From Longimicrobiales bacterium (GTDB lineage: Bacteria; Gemmatimonadota; Gemmatimonadetes; Longimicrobiales; Gaopeijiaceae), in assembly GCA_965219445.1 (NCBI GenBank), contig CBDCNQ010000005.1, positions 832,001-896,000 on the forward strand: 64,000 nucleotides of DNA, read 5' to 3'. Below are positions 58,471-64,000 of the stretch, one piece after another. A program made the translations under genes and the position numbers. The stretch's first letter is position 1. Each line of letters starts with the position of its first letter. The notes beneath the pieces are model-generated. The model was not told the origin of the DNA. It saw only the letters and a list, made by a program, of their open reading frames with translations, and made no database searches.

Positions 58471-59190
58471 ATGACGATCTCGAGACGCGACGCCATCGCC
58501 GTATCCGGGTCCGCAATCGTTGGCCTGTCGGTCGGCGGCTTGGATCCTAAGGAGTTGGCGGCTCAGGTCGCCGGACAGGAGCAGGAGTTCCCGGACCGAC
58601 TCATCGACGTCGAGCCGCGCGCCACGTTCCCGGTGGACCTCCCGCTGAACCCCGACGGCTCGGCCCCCGAGCATCCCGAGTCGGCCGCCGGCCCGATCCG
58701 GGGCCGCCTCATGTGGAGGACGTCGGACCGCAGGGCGCCCGAGATCGAGTACGACTACACGAGGATGGCGATCCGGGTGGACACGCGCGGGCTTGGCACC
58801 AAGCGTGGGACGATGCGGTTCAGCGACCTCGAACCCCTGACGAGGGTTTCGCACACCTTCCTCATGCAGTGCGGTGCACCGGAGCCCACCGGTATCGTGA
58901 AGTGGACCGGGGTTCGCTTCACCGACTTCGCGGACATGCTCGGCCTCGTTCCGGGCGCCCACTACTGCCGCTTGACCGCGTCGGACGGCCACTACGTGGA
59001 CGAGTCCGTGGAGGAGTTGCGGCATCCGCAGGTCATGCTCGTCTGGATGATGAACGAGGAGCCGCTCGATCCCCAACACGGAGCGCCCCTGCGTCTCGTC
59101 ATGCCGTTCCGGTATGGCAATCGGAGCATCAAGGCGATCACCGAGATCATCTTCGGGACGCCGGGGCTGCCGCGGCCGGGGACGGGGTAG
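58471..59190 (+). CDS. Tat-exported molybdopterin oxidoreductase (sulfite oxidase/MsrP-like catalytic domain)
   Basis: SRRDAI Tat signal; MQC Mo-ligand Cys; WTGV, HGAPLRL, SIK; GGAGGAG RBS. Confidence 0.85.
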   Translation: MTISRRDAIAVSGSAIVGLSVGGLDPKELAAQVAGQEQEFPDRLIDVEPRATFPVDLPLNPDGSAPEHPESAAGPIRGRLMWRTSDRRAPEIEYDYTRMAIRVDTRGLGTKRGTMRFSDLEPLTRVSHTFLMQCGAPEPTGIVKWTGVRFTDFADMLGLVPGAHYCRLTASDGHYVDESVEELRHPQVMLVWMMNEEPLDPQHGAPLRLVMPFRYGNRSIKAITEIIFGTPGLPRPGTG

Positions 59191-59369
59191 CAGACGTTTT
59201 TGGGGTCCCACTTGGGGTCCCATGGGCCCCTTTTCGCCCCCAACTCCCGGACACCAAAAAGCCGGGAGCCCAGATGCTTCCTAGCCTCCCAGCCAATGAG
59301 CCGGGTGCACCCGGGAGTCTGCGGAGCTGTGGTCAGCCGCTGAGTCTACGACCTAGGGCCACCCGGGTT

Positions 59370-59843
59370 CTAACCGCCGATCAGGTCCCGCGTGGCCTCG
59401 ACGGCTCCATCGGGAACGGACCCTGTCGAGGTCACCAAGGCGACCCAGATCGACCACCCGTATCTCTCTGTCAGGATCTCGCCGAGACGCCTAGCCTCCG
59501 ACCCGGTCGATGCCGCTCCAATGCGCACCCGACGGAACTGCCGGCCCTCCACTTCCTGGTCCGCGGTCCAGGCTGGAAGACCCAGGTTGGCCAGCCGGTC
59601 CCTCTGCACGACTGCAGAGTCGGGATTCAGGAAAGCTCCCATCTGGACGGTGTAGAGGGGACCGCTGATGGGTTCGGGCTCGGGCTCAGGTTCGGGCTCG
59701 GGCGCCGGCGTCGCTTGAGCGACAGGCGGCGGCGGTGGCTGGACCTGTTCCTGGGGCTGCTGCTCCTGGATCGGCTCATCGTCACCGCCGCAGGCCGCCA
59801 CGGCCACGGCGAGCCCGAATATCGGGATCAATCGCCAATGCAT
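59370..59843 (-). CDS. SPOR-domain lipoprotein
   Basis: Lipobox VAAC; Pro/Glu linker; YTVQMGAF...RVRIG. Confidence 0.85.
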   Translation of the reverse strand: MHWRLIPIFGLAVAVAACGGDDEPIQEQQPQEQVQPPPPPVAQATPAPEPEPEPEPEPISGPLYTVQMGAFLNPDSAVVQRDRLANLGLPAWTADQEVEGRQFRRVRIGAASTGSEARRLGEILTERYGWSIWVALVTSTGSVPDGAVEATRDLIGG

Positions 59844-60335
59844 GTCTCGTCTCCTTCAAGTTGTCGGAGAGGAAGGGTGCCTCCGAGTCTGCACGATCCG
59901 CACGCACCCGTCCATAGGCGATGAAGATGTGCGGTGGGCGTCGACTGCCGGGTTATCCGGTTCGGGGCGCAAGGATTCGCTCGGATTAAAAGTCAGTTGC
60001 TCGACATAGGGCACGGCAAGCGTCCCCACCAAGCAGGGACTCCCGAGAGCCACTCCAAGAAACACGTTCGTGTTACTGCCAGTGCTATTGACCTCACGCC
60101 TCATCTGATACAACAAAGCCTTGCAGGCCGTAAAAGACAGCGGGGCTTATACTTGCGAAGTTGACCTGGAGAAATTCAAACTACCGACCTCACACTTGGG
60201 GAGCGGGAGGTCGATAAACTAACTGGCTCTCGATCGTAGCTTCGGATCGAGTCGACCGGGAGAGCGCCTGGGCCTAGCGCCGCGTGTCAACAGGTAATTA
60301 TTACTCTCGATAATACGCGACTTGGAGATGAGTCC

Positions 60336-60665
60336 ATGATAGAGACACTGATGGCGTTGGACGTTGCGGACAACGATGGATATCAAGCCTACCGAGACGC
60401 AATGCTTCCGTTGCTGGAGCGAATCGGCGGTGGGTTTCGGTATGATTTCACGATCGCCAAGACTCTAAGAAGCTCAGCCGGACACGAGATCAACCGTGTC
60501 ATCATCATCTACTTTCCGAATCGGCAGGCGCGAGACCGCTTCTTCGACGATGAAGCCTATCGGGAAATCAGGGGGCGGCTCTTCGAGACCTCAGTGAGGG
60601 ACACCACCATCATTGGGGAGTGGGAAGTCGGCCCGAGTACATCCGCAAGTACAGACGGATTATGA
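60336..60665 (+). CDS. DUF1330-like small protein
   Basis: YQAYR...GGFRYDF...INRV...FP...FFDDEAY; GGAG RBS. Confidence 0.75.
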   Translation: MIETLMALDVADNDGYQAYRDAMLPLLERIGGGFRYDFTIAKTLRSSAGHEINRVIIIYFPNRQARDRFFDDEAYREIRGRLFETSVRDTTIIGEWEVGPSTSASTDGL

Positions 60666-60703
60666 CCCGGAAGTGTCGGACCGAGCGTGGAGGAGATCCT
60701 GGA

Positions 60704-60921
60704 GCCGTCTCCGGCCTCGAGATGAGCGTCCGCTGCGCGTCACGTGGAAGGAAGAGGAGCTCCAGAAGCTCCTGTGCGACATCATGACCGGCATCCACGA
60801 CCGCTGCGCCGAGTACGGCCGAACCTCCGGCGACTACATCGACTACGTGCAGGGCGCGAACATCGGGGCGTTCATCAAGGTCGCCGATGCCATGCTGGCC
60901 TACGGAGTGGCTAAAAGCTAG
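60704..60921 (+). pseudogene. gdhA: Frameshifted C-terminal fragment of NADP-glutamate dehydrogenase
   Basis: AVSGLEMS, a frameshift, then LRVTW...IMTGIH...DYVQGANIGAFIKVADAMLAYG. Confidence 0.8.
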
Positions 60922-60973
60922 CTTAACGCTTGCTTCATGTAGGCCAGGTTTCCCAATGTGAGGAGGGCACTCC

Positions 60974-61858
60974 ATGGCAACCAACGGGACGATTCTGGTC
61001 ACGGGCGCGACGGGCAACGTCGGCTCCGTTCTCATCGAAAACTTGACGAAGGCCGGAGCCAACGTCCGCGCCCTTGTTCGCAATGAGTCGAAGGGGAGGG
61101 CGCTCAGAGACGCCGGCGTAGAGCTCGCCATCGGCGATCTCAGCAGGCCGGAGACACTGGACACGGCATTCGCCGGTGTCTCCAAGATTTACTTGCTAAC
61201 CCCTTTGAGTGAAGACCAATACGAACTCGCCAGTAGTGGCCTCGCCGCCGCCAAACGGTCTGGGAAGCCCCATGTCGTCAGGTCCTCGGGGATGATACCC
61301 GCACCGTTCGAGGAGTCGCGCGTCGGGCGGCATCAAGTCCAGCTCGAAAATGACCTCAAGTCGTCGGGCCTGCCATATACGATCCTGAAGCCGCACTTGT
61401 TTATGCAGACCACGATGATCGCGGCAGAAACAGTCAAGGCCGAAGGCGCGATTTATATGCCACTGAAGGACGGAAAGATAGGAATGATCGACGCTCGCGA
61501 TGTTGCGGAAGTGGCGGCAAAGGTCCTTACCTCAGCAGGCCATGAGGGCAATAGCTACGAGTTGACCGGCCCGGCGGCGATCTCGATGCATGACGTGGCG
61601 GCCGCGCTTTCCAAGGCTCTCGGGAAGCCAGTCAAGTACGTCGATGTGCCCCCTCAAGCTGCAAAGGAGTTCCTCCTCGGGATGGGGTTCCCAGAGTGGA
61701 TCGTGGGCGCGAATCTCGAGTTTTTCCAGAAGTTCAGCGAGGGAGGCGGCAACCAAGTAACCGGGGACTTTGAGAAGCTTACCGGACATGCGCCTCGTTC
61801 GTACGAGGACTTCGCGAGGGACTTCGCCAGCGTCTTTCAGGTAGCGAGCTCTGTCTAG
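60974..61858 (+). CDS. NmrA-like atypical SDR NAD(P)-binding protein
   Basis: VTGATGNVG, ALVR, SGLPYTILKP, IDARDVA, YELTGP. Confidence 0.88.
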   Translation: MATNGTILVTGATGNVGSVLIENLTKAGANVRALVRNESKGRALRDAGVELAIGDLSRPETLDTAFAGVSKIYLLTPLSEDQYELASSGLAAAKRSGKPHVVRSSGMIPAPFEESRVGRHQVQLENDLKSSGLPYTILKPHLFMQTTMIAAETVKAEGAIYMPLKDGKIGMIDARDVAEVAAKVLTSAGHEGNSYELTGPAAISMHDVAAALSKALGKPVKYVDVPPQAAKEFLLGMGFPEWIVGANLEFFQKFSEGGGNQVTGDFEKLTGHAPRSYEDFARDFASVFQVASSV

Positions 61859-62299
61859 GCTGAAGCTCCAGTTCTCTCTTTGCATGTAGCGTGTCACCGC
61901 CATGACGACATGACCACCTCCTGCCCCCACGTCTGGTGGAGCTGCATTGGGGTTCCACTCAAAGCCCGCTGAGTGACGCCAGTATCTCAGTCGGCTCCGG
62001 CCGCTTCGTATAGTCCGGATCGGCGGCCGCAAAGCGAATGATCCCCTCACCGTTCACGATCGCGGCCCCCATCCCGCCGTCATTCCAGCTCGAGTGGGCC
62101 GAACTCCGCTACCTGCTGATTTTGGTCTGTAGATAGAAGAAGTCGGCATCCGTGCTTGGCCCTGTGCTCCGCACGTACTCTCCGGCCAGGAGACGACCGT
62201 ATCCGCCGGGCCTCCCATCGATCGGCGTCGATCCTACGTCTTGATTCTGTAGCCGCGCGCTCCTCACGAGCATTCCCCCTTGTCATCGTGGGTTGGGCG

Positions 62300-63559
62300 T
62301 TACACATCCCGTTCCAGGATCATCGCCGACGCCTGGGCACCCGCCGCACAGATGCTCACGAGCCCGTACCGCACGTTACGCCGCTTCATCTCGTTAGCCA
62401 ACGTCGTGACGATCCGGGCTCCCGTGGCGGCAAACGGATGGCCAACCGCGATGGAGCTTCCGAGTTGGTTCAGCTTGTCCTGATCGACCGTTCCGATCGC
62501 CGGCTCCTTCCACCCCTGCCCCCACGCGCGCAGGTTGCACGCGACCTGTCCGCCGAACGCCTCGTGCATCTCAATCAGGTCCAGATCGGAGAGGGTAAGG
62601 CCGGTGCGCTTTAGGAGCCGCGGCACCGCGACGCCCGGACCCATGAGCAGGCCGTCCTTCGGGTCGATCGCTGCGTACTCGAAATCCTTCACAAACGCGA
62701 GAGGTTCGTGACCCTCGTGGCGGGCTCGATCCTCCGACATGAGCAACACCGCGGCCGCGCCGTCCGTCAGTGGACTCGAGTTCCCCGCGGTGAGCGTCCC
62801 TGTAGGACCGCGATCGAACACCGGCGGCAGCTTGGCCAGCTTTTCCATCGAGGTGTCGGCCCTGATGAACAGGTCGTGATCGAACCCGTCGAGGGGGTGG
62901 ATCTCGGTCTTCAGGCGGCCGTCTTCCATCGCTCGGTGCGCGTTCATGTGACTGCGATACGCGATCTCGTCCTGCTCCTCACGCGGGATCTTCCACTCCT
63001 TGACCATGAGCTCGGTGTGCTCGCCCATCGACAAGCCAGTAGACGGCTCCTTGACGCCGGGAGCGTGAGGCTTGAAGTCCCCGGGGCGCAGTCGGGCCAA
63101 GAGGCGGAGACGCTGCCCGAGTGTCTTGGCCGCTGCGGCGTCGAGGAAGATGCGACTCGCCCGTTTGCCGAACAGCAGCGCCGGGTTGGACATCGACTCT
63201 ACCCCGCCCGCGATCCCGATCTCGGCGCGGCCGGCAACGATCGAGTCGGCGATCGCGGTAATTGCCGACGTTCCCGTGATGCAGTTGTTCGTGAGGGTCA
63301 GTGCCTGCACAGTGGAGGGTAGTTTGCTGGAGAAGACAATGTCCTTCGTGAGGTGAGGGATCCGCGGGTCGACGACGGTAATCCCGAACGCCAGTTCCCC
63401 AACCGACTGTGGATCGAGACTCTGCTTCGCCAGCAAGCCGTCCACCGCGTGAACGCCCAGGTCGAGCGCCGAGTACTTGCGGAACACGGTGGCCGCCCTG
63501 GCGAACGGCGTGCGTGCACCGCCCACCACCGCCACTCGAATCGATCCGTCGTGCGTCAT
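62300..63559 (-). CDS. Acetyl-CoA C-acyltransferase (FadI/HADHB-type thiolase)
   Basis: RTPF, NNCITG, GGVESMS, MHEAF, GHPFAATG, ICAAG. Confidence 0.9.
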   Translation of the reverse strand: MTHDGSIRVAVVGGARTPFARAATVFRKYSALDLGVHAVDGLLAKQSLDPQSVGELAFGITVVDPRIPHLTKDIVFSSKLPSTVQALTLTNNCITGTSAITAIADSIVAGRAEIGIAGGVESMSNPALLFGKRASRIFLDAAAAKTLGQRLRLLARLRPGDFKPHAPGVKEPSTGLSMGEHTELMVKEWKIPREEQDEIAYRSHMNAHRAMEDGRLKTEIHPLDGFDHDLFIRADTSMEKLAKLPPVFDRGPTGTLTAGNSSPLTDGAAAVLLMSEDRARHEGHEPLAFVKDFEYAAIDPKDGLLMGPGVAVPRLLKRTGLTLSDLDLIEMHEAFGGQVACNLRAWGQGWKEPAIGTVDQDKLNQLGSSIAVGHPFAATGARIVTTLANEMKRRNVRYGLVSICAAGAQASAMILERDV

Positions 63560-63771
63560 GAAAGCTCGCTCCTCTCTGTACGACTTGGTCAGTTCCCTGA
63601 TGGATATTGCAGGTTCCACAGGTAAAGTGGCTCATCGTGAGTCAAGGTGTTCTACCCCGCGCAGCACGAGAGCTTCGCTACATCCTGGTGGGGCATTCTT
63701 GTATCTCCGGTTATTCGGCCACCCTCTCCAGGGAGACCCCCGCTCGATCCGTCGGCCGCCCCGAGTAGGTC

Positions 63772-64000
63772 CTAAGCGGCTTCGCTCACGGGCGCAGGAC
63801 CTTGTGAGGGCTCACCGTACACGGCACCCACGACGCCGCCGTAGATGATGTGACCGATTAGCGCCCCCATCGCCATGTTCATGTCTCCGGAGAAAAAACC
63901 CATCCCCATCATCGGCATGAGGGCCACCTGTGCGAGCAGCCACGGAGCCAAGCCGAAAAGGGCGCCGCGAACGACCACCGGCCCGGGTAGGGACCCCGCG
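63772..64000 (-). CDS. Small membrane protein, 3' part only
   Basis: Hydrophobic segments, MPMMGMGFF, GHIIYG; runs off the window edge. Confidence 0.65.
   Translation of the reverse strand, partial: AGSLPGPVVVRGALFGLAPWLLAQVALMPMMGMGFFSGDMNMAMGALIGHIIYGGVVGAVYGEPSQGPAPVSEAA

Noticed and set aside
59844..60060. Canonical c-di-AMP riboswitch
   Set aside because: It lacks the conserved GUCAGCUAAC and the 5'-half motifs; kept only as a weak lead.

Overview
High-GC bacterial chromosome segment. The Ser/Thr kinase with TolB-like repeats and the general gene set suggest Gemmatimonadota; this is an inference, not a tested assignment. Contents from left to right: (1) tail of a peptide-export locus (ABC ATPase, C39-peptidase ABC transporter, membrane protein); (2) a MenAT-like nucleotidyltransferase toxin-antitoxin pair; (3) a kinase gene bracketed by 28-bp direct repeats; (4) a ~20.6 kb operon joining a PUFA synthase (pfaD, pfaA, pfaBC) to oleABCD and a PPTase; (5) aroF; (6) a signalling cluster of an NHL protein, an adenylate cyclase and a GGDEF-PilZ protein with an in-frame TAA; (7) a cysH/sulfite reductase/siroheme operon; (8) MATE, a choice-of-anchor-B protein, a UxxC peroxiredoxin-like selenoprotein with a SECIS-like hairpin, a cobalamin-riboswitch btuB operon and two PAL-like NHL proteins; (9) a decayed island junction (low-GC JmjC gene, IS3, 3' half of tRNA-Ile, integrase remnant); (10) housekeeping genes. 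The best find is absent from the ORF track. The ~500-nt leader of the sulfate-reduction operon holds two successive Cys-rich leader peptides, one with 8 consecutive Cys codons. It also has three intrinsic terminators and matching antiterminators. This looks like a tandem cysteine-sensing transcription attenuator.
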